A stretch of DNA of 25,968 nt from positions 1 through 25,968 of IMG/VR virus record IMGVR_UViG_3300033076_000577. One strand, written 5' to 3'. How positions within the stretch are numbered: position 1 is the first letter of the stretch; each line of letters opens with the position of its first letter. This stretch comes from a virus. Taxonomy: Duplodnaviria > Caudoviricetes. Positions 10,606 to 19,767 of this stretch are shown here, piece by piece. The translations under genes and the position numbers were made by a program. The notes below the pieces were generated by a model, which was given only the letters and a program-made list of their open reading frames with translations, had not been told where the DNA came from and did not search any database.

Positions 10606-11154
10606 TTAATCAGGAACTTTATATCCAGACCAATTAACTATACCCGGTGCGGGTGGAGCTGGTGGTGGGTATTGTGCTATTACTGAATAAATACCCGATA
10701 CAGTTGTTAGATGAATTTTAGCAGAATTGATAAATGAATCTAAAAATTGTTCTGGGTTATTATTTGGTGGAACTTTCATTGATGTCCAACTTCCCGGCTT
10801 TAATACAATTCCGGTAGTAGTTGCAATATTTTTAATTGAACCGGGAGCGGGAATGTTTGGTGGTGGGAAAGGTGACATTTTTCCACCTACCCAATATATG
10901 ATAACAGCCGGTCCTACTACTTCTAAAAAAGTAACTACTTTAGCTTTTTGTGTTTGTTCTAAAAATTTAATTATAGATTCTTGCATCAAAACAGGATTTC
11001 CTTTTAATAAAGGTACACCATTTATTGGGTCTTTTCCCGATTTTATTGCCGTATCATATGCAAATGTAAATGCTTTTGCAAAATCACTAATACTCCTATA
11101 AGAGTTGTTTTGCATTTGTGGTAATAATGTGGATTTGAAAGTTTTCCAAGACAT
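10606..11154 (-). CDS. Pro-rich protein downstream of the spike gene (possible spike-tip protein)
   Basis: 182 aa; PFPPPNIPAPG and YPPPAPPAPGIVNWSGY; TAATG-coupled to the gp5-like gene. Confidence 0.45.
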   Translation of the reverse strand: MSWKTFKSTLLPQMQNNSYRSISDFAKAFTFAYDTAIKSGKDPINGVPLLKGNPVLMQESIIKFLEQTQKAKVVTFLEVVGPAVIIYWVGGKMSPFPPPNIPAPGSIKNIATTTGIVLKPGSWTSMKVPPNNNPEQFLDSFINSAKIHLTTVSGIYSVIAQYPPPAPPAPGIVNWSGYKVPD

Positions 11155-12386
11155 TATGATTTACTTAAAAAGTTTTTAGCAGATAATAACGTATTCAATT
11201 TACTTTTTATACTAACAAATTGAGATACATTTGTAGGCCCTGTTGATGATGGACCTGCTGGTGTTAAATATTGTTGCTTTGTTATAGCATCTATTAATTC
11301 TCCCATCAATTTAACCAACTCACCACCCAATACCATTTTTTGTACATCGGCTCCTGCAGCTCCTTCTCCTTTATTTTTTCCTAAAAATATTTTACCATTT
11401 TCAGAATTAAGAAATATTTGGTTTGCGCCTGCTGAATGTATTGTTACATTTTTATCAGTATGTAAGTAAATATCTTTTGCAGCATCTATTGAATATTGAC
11501 CATCAGTTATTACGCCTGTGTTACCTTTACCAAAAATAATAAACTCTTTTGATTTAGCCGATAGTATAATTCTATCAGAATTTACAAATAATTGGTCACC
11601 ACTTAAATCTTTAGAATTAGGATAATCTTTAAATGCTTTTTTTTCTTTTTTTATTTCTTCTTTAAATGGAACTTTTATTTTATTAGATGTGATATAAATC
11701 GATGTACCATCTTTGTTAATATCTTCATCTACTAATTCTCCAATTTTTTTTGAATCTAATTCAGGATTTTGTTTGTTACGAATGAATATTCCAGGCGATG
11801 CAGTTTTACCATCTTCAGTTAAAAAAAATTCACTAAATCTAATCGTATTCCCTACTCTACCACTCAATATGGTATCTCCTTGTCTTAATTTTAAGAATTT
11901 TATTTTTTCATTTACTTTATATTCATTTGTAGAATTTGTTTTATTCGTAGAATTAGTTTGACCTCCAGATTCTTTTGTTTCTCTTAATGATTTACCACCA
12001 TCTCCGGCTGAAACTGGTTTAGTATTATCGGTTGGTTCTAATTCTTTATATGTAACATAATCTCTCCTATAATTTGTATATGGTGTTACTGAATATGGTA
12101 ACCAAAATATATTAGATTTATCTATTTCGATTATTAATACAGTCTCACCTTTAATTGGCATTGTAAAATTATTCTTATCAAACGGATAAGCATAATATTC
12201 GGTAGTCATATCTGGATATATGTAAGTTATAGCTCCATATAATCTAGCATCTTTATCGGAAAAATCTTTATTTTTATTATAAACAGATACATAATCCGCA
12301 TTATCACCCGTTTCATATGGATTTAAGTCCATATCAATAGTAAAAACTTTATTTACCGTTGCTAAATATGATTCTATATTACCCAT
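11154..12386 (-). CDS. Baseplate central spike protein (gp5/gpV-like, no lysozyme domain evident)
   Basis: N-terminal OB-like P.KGE.V segment, GDTILSGRVGNTIRF, beta-repeat region (SDRIILSAK, IYLHT, IFLNS, IFLG), C-terminal LTPAGPS. Confidence 0.7.
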   Translation of the reverse strand: MGNIESYLATVNKVFTIDMDLNPYETGDNADYVSVYNKNKDFSDKDARLYGAITYIYPDMTTEYYAYPFDKNNFTMPIKGETVLIIEIDKSNIFWLPYSVTPYTNYRRDYVTYKELEPTDNTKPVSAGDGGKSLRETKESGGQTNSTNKTNSTNEYKVNEKIKFLKLRQGDTILSGRVGNTIRFSEFFLTEDGKTASPGIFIRNKQNPELDSKKIGELVDEDINKDGTSIYITSNKIKVPFKEEIKKEKKAFKDYPNSKDLSGDQLFVNSDRIILSAKSKEFIIFGKGNTGVITDGQYSIDAAKDIYLHTDKNVTIHSAGANQIFLNSENGKIFLGKNKGEGAAGADVQKMVLGGELVKLMGELIDAITKQQYLTPAGPSSTGPTNVSQFVSIKSKLNTLLSAKNFLSKS

Positions 12387-12790
12387 TAAAGTTTTGATTT
12401 AATATCATCTAATTCTATTTGAATATCAACCAATTTTTCTTCATTCTTTTTATCTATTTCATTTACAGTATCTTCTAATTCTGTAAGTAATTGTGTTTTT
12501 TCATGCTCACTTAACCAACCATCTTCACCAATACCTTTGGCTTCAGCTGCTGCAAGCCTTTGTGCAATTGTAGCCAATTTAATTAAATGGTCATCATTTT
12601 TAACTGATGTATCTATTAAATCTCTAATAATTGGAGCTAAAACAGTTGCTTCACCAACATTTTTAATCAACTTACGAAGAGATTCAATCATATCTGATAT
12701 GTTCTTCTTTTTGTTTTGCTGATTATCGTATATATCTTTAAATAATGATGATAAATTTTTACCATCAAATAATTGAAATTCTGCGCCCAT
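12386..12790 (-). CDS. Helical hypothetical protein (terminase small subunit is one possibility)
   Basis: 134 aa, all-alpha/coiled-coil; lies between the sigma-factor region and the spike gene; function not demonstrable from sequence. Confidence 0.4.
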   Translation of the reverse strand: MGAEFQLFDGKNLSSLFKDIYDNQQNKKKNISDMIESLRKLIKNVGEATVLAPIIRDLIDTSVKNDDHLIKLATIAQRLAAAEAKGIGEDGWLSEHEKTQLLTELEDTVNEIDKKNEEKLVDIQIELDDIKSKL

Positions 12791-12791
12791 A

Positions 12792-13565
12792 TTAAATTAT
12801 GTTATTCTTCACTATATAATTATAAATTTCTTCACTTATTAGATTATAACCATTTTCATTTGGATGTTTGGATGGTATTTCTTCAAATGAATTTGGGTAT
12901 TCCCAAGCCGATTCATCGGATACTTTTACTAAAAAATCTCGTATAGTTTGTTTGGAAAATCCCCAATATGTTTTTTTATTTATCAAATGTGTTATATCAT
13001 CTTTTCTATTCAAATCTTGCACCATCATATCAAACGCATCGAGCATAAGATAATTTACACCATATTCTTCTAACATCTTTTGCAAAAACACAATATAGTT
13101 TTGATTTATGATATTATAATAGTTTTGATTAAACATATTTTCTAAGAAGAATCGTTTATATTCTTCTAAAAAATTATTGTATTTATCATCTCCAAACTTA
13201 TATGATTCAAAAAATTTATGTGGTAATAAGGTAAGTTCTTTTATTGACCAACTAATCCACTCTCCTTTTGGTAAAAAATGTACGTGGTCACGAAGCGATG
13301 AACTCCACATTATTACAACCAAATCTCCTTTGTGTATTTTACTATTTCTCAAATCGGAAATGACATCATTAAAAATTAAATTATTAGCTCTACCACTCCA
13401 ACCATTATTTTCGTGGTCACATCTTAATTTATTAGCTAATTTGATTGGCCAAGAATATTTGTTTCGAAAATCTTTAAGATACATTCTATCTTTTATAGTA
13501 TTTTCTTCTTCTAATCTACAACCCTGTCCTTCTGTCCAACTATCTCCGTATGCGTATAATTTCAT
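12792..13565 (-). CDS. SGNH/GDSL-fold hydrolase or acyltransferase
   Basis: Block I YGDSWTEG, block II SGRANN, VVIMWSS..R, block V KHPNENGY. Confidence 0.75.
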   Translation of the reverse strand: MKLYAYGDSWTEGQGCRLEEENTIKDRMYLKDFRNKYSWPIKLANKLRCDHENNGWSGRANNLIFNDVISDLRNSKIHKGDLVVIMWSSSLRDHVHFLPKGEWISWSIKELTLLPHKFFESYKFGDDKYNNFLEEYKRFFLENMFNQNYYNIINQNYIVFLQKMLEEYGVNYLMLDAFDMMVQDLNRKDDITHLINKKTYWGFSKQTIRDFLVKVSDESAWEYPNSFEEIPSKHPNENGYNLISEEIYNYIVKNNII

Positions 13566-15271
13566 TTTTTACTAATTAAAAAGTTACCCAATACTAAATA
13601 ATCCATATCACAATTTAAAAATGTCCAAATTGCTTTTTTAGGGTCATTTGTCATTGTATGACCTCTTAAATTAAATGAAGTATTTAATAATATAGGTGTT
13701 CCACTAATCTTTTCAAAATGTTTCAATAAATCATAATAAAGAGGATTCATTTCTCTTTTTAATGTTTGTATTCTGGCAGAACCATCGACATGCGTTACTG
13801 ATGGAATTGATTTGTAATTAGTTACCTTAACCACTTGATTCATATATGGAACTTCACTTTCTGATGAGAAGTACTTTTCATAATCTTCGAACGTAACAGA
13901 TGGAGCAAATGGTCTAAACATTTCTCTCTTCTTTACAACTTTGTTTATTCTATCTCTAACATCCGGTAAATGTGGATTTGCTAATATAGAACGATTACCT
14001 AATGCTCTTGCACCAAATTCAGTTCTACCTTGAAACCAACCTATAATATTACCATCGTTAATAAGTTTAGCAACTTTAGTTAATAATCTATTTTTATCAT
14101 TATATATTTTAACATCCAATTGTTTATTTTCCGATTTTTCTTTAGAGATAATATCAGTCAATTCTTTCGAATTCCAATTTGGTCCTAAATATGGAGATAT
14201 ATTATCACCATTAATTACTTTAGGATTATCCAATACATTATGCCAATAATATAAACATGCTCCAATAGCAGAGCCGGCATCAGATGGTGCAAATGGTATC
14301 CATAAATTTTTAACTGATGTATGTTTTTGTAATTTACCATTTGCAGTTCCATTATAAGCAGAACCGCCTCCTAATACTAAATTAGATGTATCGGCATTTT
14401 GCATACAATTGTTTACAAAAAAATAAAAACAACTTTCATACCATTTTTGTAAAGCAGCTGCTAAATCCATATGATGTTGTTCTATATTTGATTCAGGTTC
14501 TCTTGGTTCAATACCAATCAATTTAACCAAATCATATGTGTACATATCGGTATTTGAGTATTTCCAAGTAAAATATTTTTGATTGATTTCAATTACACCT
14601 TTACTATCAAATCTAAACATTTTATCAAAAACATCTTTGAATCTGCATGCATCTCCGTATGGTGCTAATCCCATTACCTTGTATTCTCCACCATTTGGTT
14701 TAAACCCTAAATACGCAGTAATAGTTGAATATACCAATCCTAATGAATTTGGAAATTTCATAGAATTAATTTCTTCAAATGTATTATCTTTACATCTAAT
14801 AGCCAAAGCCGTTTCCCATTCACCAACTCCATCTATTGAAATCCCAACCGCATCGTGAAATGGGGATGTATAATATGAAAATGCTAAATGAGAATTATGA
14901 TGTTTTACATATTCTATTTTACCTGTAAAATTTAATTTTTTAGCAAGATATACACTTAAATCACCTTCCGTTTTATCAAATTCTTCTTTAAATTTTTTCC
15001 ATGTCTTACGATGCTTCCACCAATTCTTTCCTAATGTATTTTTGACTCTATCATATTTTAAAGCAGGGTCCTCATACCAACATATCGTATCAATATCTGA
15101 TATACTTTTTTTAGAATATTGTAAAACCCATTTAATTGCTTTAGATGGAAATGAATTATCGTGTTTTATTCCTGATAATTTTTCTTCTTCAATTGCTGCT
15201 ATTACTTTTCCATCTTCAAATAAACATACCGCAGAATCGTGATAAAATGCGGAAATACCTAATAAGACCAT
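13562..15271 (-). CDS. O-carbamoyltransferase (NodU/CmcH/TobZ family)
   Basis: LGISAFYHDSA, HHNSH, DGVGE, EYKVMGLAPYG, GGSAYN, DAGSAIGA, EFGARALGNRS, FRPFAP, HVDGSARIQT, NTSFN; likely start is the ATG at 15271 rather than 15304. Confidence 0.95.
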   Translation of the reverse strand: MVLLGISAFYHDSAVCLFEDGKVIAAIEEEKLSGIKHDNSFPSKAIKWVLQYSKKSISDIDTICWYEDPALKYDRVKNTLGKNWWKHRKTWKKFKEEFDKTEGDLSVYLAKKLNFTGKIEYVKHHNSHLAFSYYTSPFHDAVGISIDGVGEWETALAIRCKDNTFEEINSMKFPNSLGLVYSTITAYLGFKPNGGEYKVMGLAPYGDACRFKDVFDKMFRFDSKGVIEINQKYFTWKYSNTDMYTYDLVKLIGIEPREPESNIEQHHMDLAAALQKWYESCFYFFVNNCMQNADTSNLVLGGGSAYNGTANGKLQKHTSVKNLWIPFAPSDAGSAIGACLYYWHNVLDNPKVINGDNISPYLGPNWNSKELTDIISKEKSENKQLDVKIYNDKNRLLTKVAKLINDGNIIGWFQGRTEFGARALGNRSILANPHLPDVRDRINKVVKKREMFRPFAPSVTFEDYEKYFSSESEVPYMNQVVKVTNYKSIPSVTHVDGSARIQTLKREMNPLYYDLLKHFEKISGTPILLNTSFNLRGHTMTNDPKKAIWTFLNCDMDYLVLGNFLISKK

Positions 15272-15275
15272 AATG

Positions 15276-15965
15276 TTAAATTTTAATATCACCCTCTCTA
15301 TCAAATTCGTTATATAACTCCATTTGTCTTTCTTTCATTTTATTGACAACTTTAGTTATATAATGAGTAGGGTAGCCTGTCATTTCTCTAATAAGTAGAT
15401 ATAAACTCTTTTTATTGAAACTTTCTATATAATTAGCTCTTCTAAATAACTCTAAAACAGCATCTGCAATTTGAATGTCTCTTTTCTTTTGAAAGAAATT
15501 TTCTAAATGAGTATCCCAATATAATAACATTCTATCATTGAATGTTCTATGTTCATCATTACGAACTTCTTCTGCCCAATTATTTTCAGTATCCCAATTA
15601 TCAGGCAAAGATGACATTACATCTGTATCTTTGTATCTTTTGTAATTTGAATTATTATTTAAAATAAGATAATTTCTTGCAACAATAGTAAAGTAAGAGA
15701 ATGCTTTACCTTTACCCTCTTGATACATATGAATCTTTTCAATCATAAATGCAACAACTTCTGCCATTACATCTTGAGGGTCATCATCGAAGTATGAAAA
15801 CTTCCATTTATTATATACAATTTCTGCTAACTTTTCAAAAGAATGCTGAATCCTATCTTTATATAATTTGTTTTTTATACGTTGGTCATCGGTTTTATTA
15901 TATTCGATGATTGCATCTTCAGTATCTTTTGTGAAATATACTCTGGGTACTCTTTTTCTTGGCAT
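15276..15965 (-). CDS. Phage RNA polymerase sigma factor (T4 gp55-like, late transcription)
   Basis: YFTKDTE.AI..YN, KLAE, region-2-like KGKAFSYFTIVARNYLI (cf. gp55-family AYFTQI). Confidence 0.7.
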   Translation of the reverse strand: MPRKRVPRVYFTKDTEDAIIEYNKTDDQRIKNKLYKDRIQHSFEKLAEIVYNKWKFSYFDDDPQDVMAEVVAFMIEKIHMYQEGKGKAFSYFTIVARNYLILNNNSNYKRYKDTDVMSSLPDNWDTENNWAEEVRNDEHRTFNDRMLLYWDTHLENFFQKKRDIQIADAVLELFRRANYIESFNKKSLYLLIREMTGYPTHYITKVVNKMKERQMELYNEFDREGDIKI

Positions 15966-15967
15966 TT

Positions 15968-16207
15968 TTAAATTTGTTTGAAAGTTTCAATAGTTTCTTT
16001 TATTTGAGTAAATAAAGAACCTACTTCATCATCCTTCTCAAACATTTGCTTAGAATCTATATCTCGCAAAGTCTCCAGTAATGTTATATTATATTGTTCT
16101 TGTTCTTCTATAAAATCTTCTAATTTTTCTAATTTATTTAGAAGATTAAAAATTGTATATCCAGCAGCTGCTACACATACAAATAAAAATATTATTATTA
16201 ATTCCAT
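15968..16207 (-). CDS. Small N-terminally membrane-anchored coiled-coil protein
   Basis: 79 aa; hydrophobic N-terminus LIIIFLFVCVAAAGYTIF. Confidence 0.6.
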   Translation of the reverse strand: MELIIIFLFVCVAAAGYTIFNLLNKLEKLEDFIEEQEQYNITLLETLRDIDSKQMFEKDDEVGSLFTQIKETIETFKQI

Positions 16208-16208
16208 A

Positions 16209-16844
16209 TTATACTACTTCATATCCTTGTAAAAAATATTTGTTTGCATGTTTGAATTTAACTTCAACTAATTCACCATCTTTAGATTTCATTACAATTT
16301 TATCATTTCTACCATAATCTTGCTTTTTAACAACAGTGGTAGAATACACTCTATCTTTAATAGTAATGCCATCTAAATGGTCAATTTCATGCTGAACAAT
16401 AACTGTTTTCATAGTATCATCAGATACTTTTTCTCCTTTTCTATCTTCTTCTGGATTTATTTCAAATGTTAATTCTCCCAAATTATCAGTCATTACAACA
16501 ACTTTTGTAGAACGAATGGTTCTAACAGGTTTCTTCATTGTATCTGGCATAGAAAGACATCCTTCATAAAAGATAAATCCATCATTAGAACGTTGTGTAA
16601 TAACAGGGTTTAATAGGAATAATTCCTCATCATTAAATTTAATAACACAAGCTCTTTTATTAACTCCAATTTGATTAGCCGATAAACCAACTCCACCCAA
16701 TCCTTTTAATGCAGCAAATAATGTATCTTTTAATACATCAGCCTCAAATTGAGTTAATTCGGATTTTAATACTGGCTTTTTTAAGTATTTAACAAATTCC
16801 GGATTAGCTAATCCATTTCTTTGTTTGTCAACGATTAATTTCAT
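16209..16844 (-). CDS. def: Peptide deformylase
   Basis: All three PDF motifs: GVGLSANQIG, EGCLS, QHEIDHLDG. Confidence 0.95.
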   Translation of the reverse strand: MKLIVDKQRNGLANPEFVKYLKKPVLKSELTQFEADVLKDTLFAALKGLGGVGLSANQIGVNKRACVIKFNDEELFLLNPVITQRSNDGFIFYEGCLSMPDTMKKPVRTIRSTKVVVMTDNLGELTFEINPEEDRKGEKVSDDTMKTVIVQHEIDHLDGITIKDRVYSTTVVKKQDYGRNDKIVMKSKDGELVEVKFKHANKYFLQGYEVV

Positions 16845-16847
16845 ATT

Positions 16848-16958
16848 TTAGTTTATTATTATTGTAATTATCAATGTTATCAACAATCCTATAATTGCAT
16901 AGAATGATGCATCTTCTGAAAATTTAATTTGTTTTTGTGTTTTTCCTTGGTTTTCCAT
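16848..16958 (-). CDS. 36-aa single-pass membrane microprotein (not in ORF track)
   Basis: MENQGKTQKQIKFSEDASFYAIIGLLITLIITIIIN*; fills the gap and stops 3 nt before the def ATG. Confidence 0.6.
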   Translation of the reverse strand: MENQGKTQKQIKFSEDASFYAIIGLLITLIITIIIN

Positions 16959-17172
16959 AATTTTCTTTTCTTAATCCGTATTTAATCCATTTATACCATA
17001 TACGTTCGTGTATGTAATATTGGATAGGCTTATATACTAATTCTGCTATACCAAAAGCGGCTCCTACTTTAATTGAACCACTAACACCCCACATTATTAC
17101 AAATCCAATTAAAGTACTTATAATTCTATATGAAATGGTTTTAGCTATATGCCTTTTTCTTTCTACAATCAT
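16924..17172 (-). CDS. DUF2061-family small membrane protein
   Basis: RHIAKTISYRIIST...YYIHERIW signature. Confidence 0.8.
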   Translation of the reverse strand: MIVERKRHIAKTISYRIISTLIGFVIMWGVSGSIKVGAAFGIAELVYKPIQYYIHERIWYKWIKYGLRKENYGKPRKNTKTN

Positions 17173-17567
17173 AGTTTACCCTCCTCTTTCATTTTATTTC
17201 TAATCGATGTTGCTGATATTTCTTTGATATCATCTGGTGGACAATGTTCAATTACATCATACCCAACACCTCTACCAATATTAATAGATTCAATATCAGG
17301 TATAATAATAATCTTTACTCTTCGTTTCTGAATTAAATCTAATAATTTATCAGTTAAATTTTGCATAACTTCTAATGGAGTCCACGGATTCTTCTCATCG
17401 GGCTCTACATCTCTAATGCAGATTAAAACATTTTTTCCTTCGTTTAATCTTTGGTCTATTAACCAACGATGTCCTTCATGCCAAGGTTGCCATCTTCCAA
17501 TGTACATTGAATATTTTACATCATTTGATGATGATTTAAATGCGGCTTGTGCTAAATACTTTTTCAT
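17169..17567 (-). CDS. HIGH-superfamily (cytidylyltransferase/NMNAT-like) nucleotidyltransferase
   Basis: IGRWQPWHEGH, NPW, ISATSIR motifs. Confidence 0.8.
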   Translation of the reverse strand: MKKYLAQAAFKSSSNDVKYSMYIGRWQPWHEGHRWLIDQRLNEGKNVLICIRDVEPDEKNPWTPLEVMQNLTDKLLDLIQKRRVKIIIIPDIESINIGRGVGYDVIEHCPPDDIKEISATSIRNKMKEEGKL

Positions 17568-17568
17568 A

Positions 17569-18459
17569 TTATTTAATAAATGGTAATATTGCTAATTCTT
17601 TTCCCTTTGCTTCCACCATAACATCTATATCCAATCCATATGTGTTTGGTAATGAATTTATATATAGTGAGTGAGCTTGTGGTTTTTCTTTTGGATTATT
17701 TTCGTGTAATGCTTTTGATTCCGAATAGTGAACTTCTTGTCTAATATCTTTAGGCCAAGTAGTTGCAGCTAATTTAAGAGCTTGTTCTTCGGATAAATCG
17801 CCTGTACAAAATTGATGATGATGATAATCAAATACAATAGGAATACCTGTATTTTTATGGATATACATCAAATCTTTAACAGAGTACATAGATGCTTTAT
17901 CATCATTCTCAATTGTAAGTCTTTTTTGAACGGATTTAGAGAGTCTTTTATAATTGGCGATAAATCTATCCATAGCAGATTGTTTATCACCATATACACC
18001 ATTACAATGAATATTAATGTTATTATATGTTGTTTTAGATAACTCCATCATATCAAATATCTTACCATGCAATTCTAAATCAGCAATTGCATTTGTTACA
18101 ACATTCTCATTAGGAGAAGTTAATACACAAAATGGACCTGGATGGGAATTTATACGCATATTGTGAAATTTTGCAAAATCACCTGCTTTTTTTAGTTCCG
18201 ATTTGATTTGTTTATAATCTTTAAGTTGAGTTAAATCGATATGGTCACCCCACGGAATGATTGCAGATGATAAACGGAAGAAATTGATACCATTTAATCT
18301 ATTCCATTCTAAAATCTTAATAATATCACTTGCATTAGCCAATGCCAGCTCGGAAACATAATCCAATCCTTTAGATTGAAAAGTTCTTTTAACCATTGTA
18401 CGATTGGTAGAAACTTTCTTACCCATCGACATATTAATACAAGCGTATCCTAAATTCAT
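17569..18459 (-). CDS. uvsE: UV-damage endonuclease (UvsE/UVDE)
   Basis: LGYACIN, FFRLSS, HPGPF.VL.S, NIH, IENDD, FDYHHH, HYSES, MVEAKGKE. Confidence 0.93.
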   Translation of the reverse strand: MNLGYACINMSMGKKVSTNRTMVKRTFQSKGLDYVSELALANASDIIKILEWNRLNGINFFRLSSAIIPWGDHIDLTQLKDYKQIKSELKKAGDFAKFHNMRINSHPGPFCVLTSPNENVVTNAIADLELHGKIFDMMELSKTTYNNINIHCNGVYGDKQSAMDRFIANYKRLSKSVQKRLTIENDDKASMYSVKDLMYIHKNTGIPIVFDYHHHQFCTGDLSEEQALKLAATTWPKDIRQEVHYSESKALHENNPKEKPQAHSLYINSLPNTYGLDIDVMVEAKGKELAILPFIK

Positions 18460-18482
18460 ATTTTAAAGTTTATTAGTTTTAC

Positions 18483-18514
18483 CAAATATAAACAAAAAAT
18501 ATGATAAAACCAAA
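18483..18514 (-). promoter_or_regulatory. Bacteroidota housekeeping-sigma promoter (-33 TTTG, -7 TATATTTG) upstream of uvsE
   Basis: Minus strand TTTG-N20-TATATTTG matches the TTTG / TAnnTTTG consensus. Confidence 0.8.
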
Positions 18515-18518
18515 TATT

Positions 18519-19589
18519 TTAGTATGTTTTTACATTTTCCTCTTCGTTTCTGATTTTAACGAGAGCTTTGGGCGTACCACCCTGTGTATTTAACCAATAA
18601 TTAACCGCTTTTGGGTTATTTATCCATAATTTACGATTATTCCAAGGAAATTCGGGATGCATGTAATCTTCCCATTTTAGATTTAGATTATTTTCCACCA
18701 ATTCTTCAGTTTTCTCCTCAATTGGTAAATTTTTTCCATTATCTTCGATATTTTGTGAAATATTTTCCACTAAATCTTCTTTAGTATCACCATATACCTC
18801 ATATAAACCTAATTTTTGGTCATTTTCCATCATTTCGGTTAAAATATCTCTCTGCTTCTTTTTTTTATCTTCAACTAACCCGTTAAATGCGATAATAAGT
18901 GCTACCGCAAGTGGGTCAAACACAATTACAATCAAAAATATGAAAAATTTTACAACATTTTTCAATTCCATACCAAATGCTTCGGCTACAAATCGAAATC
19001 CACCCACTTCCTTTTCTAAATCTAAATTTTTTAACTTAATTTCGTTAATTTTTTCGGTATTTTGAGCATTTTCAGTTTGTAAATTCTCAATTTTTGAGTT
19101 AATTTTAGCAGTTTGGCGGTCTTTACTGTCAATACTACGCAGTAAACGATTATTTACCTTACCTTTTTCTAAAATTGTTGATTGTGTTTGCGAAAGCCCA
19201 CTCAATTGTTCGTTTAATTGAGTAATTTGAGCCGTATTTTGGTCGATTTTTGTTTGAAAAACAGCTATTTCTCTATCTACAACTTGCAATTTAAGTGATT
19301 GTGCCTGAAAAGCATTAGAAAGATAGCCAAAAATACCGGCAGATGTAATTAACATCAATAATGCTACGGCTGATGTTAAATACCATTTGTTAAAACCTTT
19401 AATTTCATCCCATTTTTGTTTGAGATAAGTTGCTGCAACTAATTTAGCAAACTCCAAAGAGCTAGCCATTACCATAACTGATATAGATGCTCCTGCAAAA
19501 AGAACACCTAAACCCGTTACAGAGAAATAAGCCGCACATCCTGCAATAATTAGTGCGGAAAAACCCACTAAAAATTTCAGCCAGTTCAT
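18519..19589 (-). CDS. Multi-pass membrane protein with long coiled coil
   Basis: Three N-terminal hydrophobic segments, central coiled coil, another TM (FFIFLIVIVFDPLAVALIIAF), acidic linker and Trp-rich C-terminal domain. Confidence 0.7.
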   Translation of the reverse strand: MNWLKFLVGFSALIIAGCAAYFSVTGLGVLFAGASISVMVMASSLEFAKLVAATYLKQKWDEIKGFNKWYLTSAVALLMLITSAGIFGYLSNAFQAQSLKLQVVDREIAVFQTKIDQNTAQITQLNEQLSGLSQTQSTILEKGKVNNRLLRSIDSKDRQTAKINSKIENLQTENAQNTEKINEIKLKNLDLEKEVGGFRFVAEAFGMELKNVVKFFIFLIVIVFDPLAVALIIAFNGLVEDKKKKQRDILTEMMENDQKLGLYEVYGDTKEDLVENISQNIEDNGKNLPIEEKTEELVENNLNLKWEDYMHPEFPWNNRKLWINNPKAVNYWLNTQGGTPKALVKIRNEEENVKTY

Positions 19590-19765
19590 TATCTGTTGAT
19601 TCTTGTTAATTCGGCAACACGTTCAACTGCTTTTCTACAATCTTCTAATACCTTATGAGCTTCCGCAGGAGTCATATGTTGTGCGCCTGTAATTCCGTTT
19701 TGTAAAATCCTTAATTTTCCATCAATGGATTCTAAAAGATTTTGAATTTGTTCTGTGTAAATCAT
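19589..19765 (-). CDS. 58-aa helical hypothetical protein (not in ORF track)
   Basis: MIYTEQIQNLLESIDGKLRILQNG...VERVAELTRINR*; TAATG overlap with the next gene. Confidence 0.75.
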   Translation of the reverse strand: MIYTEQIQNLLESIDGKLRILQNGITGAQHMTPAEAHKVLEDCRKAVERVAELTRINR

Positions 19766-19767
19766 AC

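Noticed and set aside
6529-12386. Bacterial contractile injection system (eCIS/T6SS/tailocin) instead of phage
   Set aside because: The gp55-like sigma, phage-type auxiliary genes, single-strand dense packing and lack of host housekeeping context favour a phage genome
15272-15304. N-terminal extension of the carbamoyltransferase given by the ORF track
   Set aside because: Overlaps the sigma gene; the family begins at M..LGI, matching the ATG at 15271
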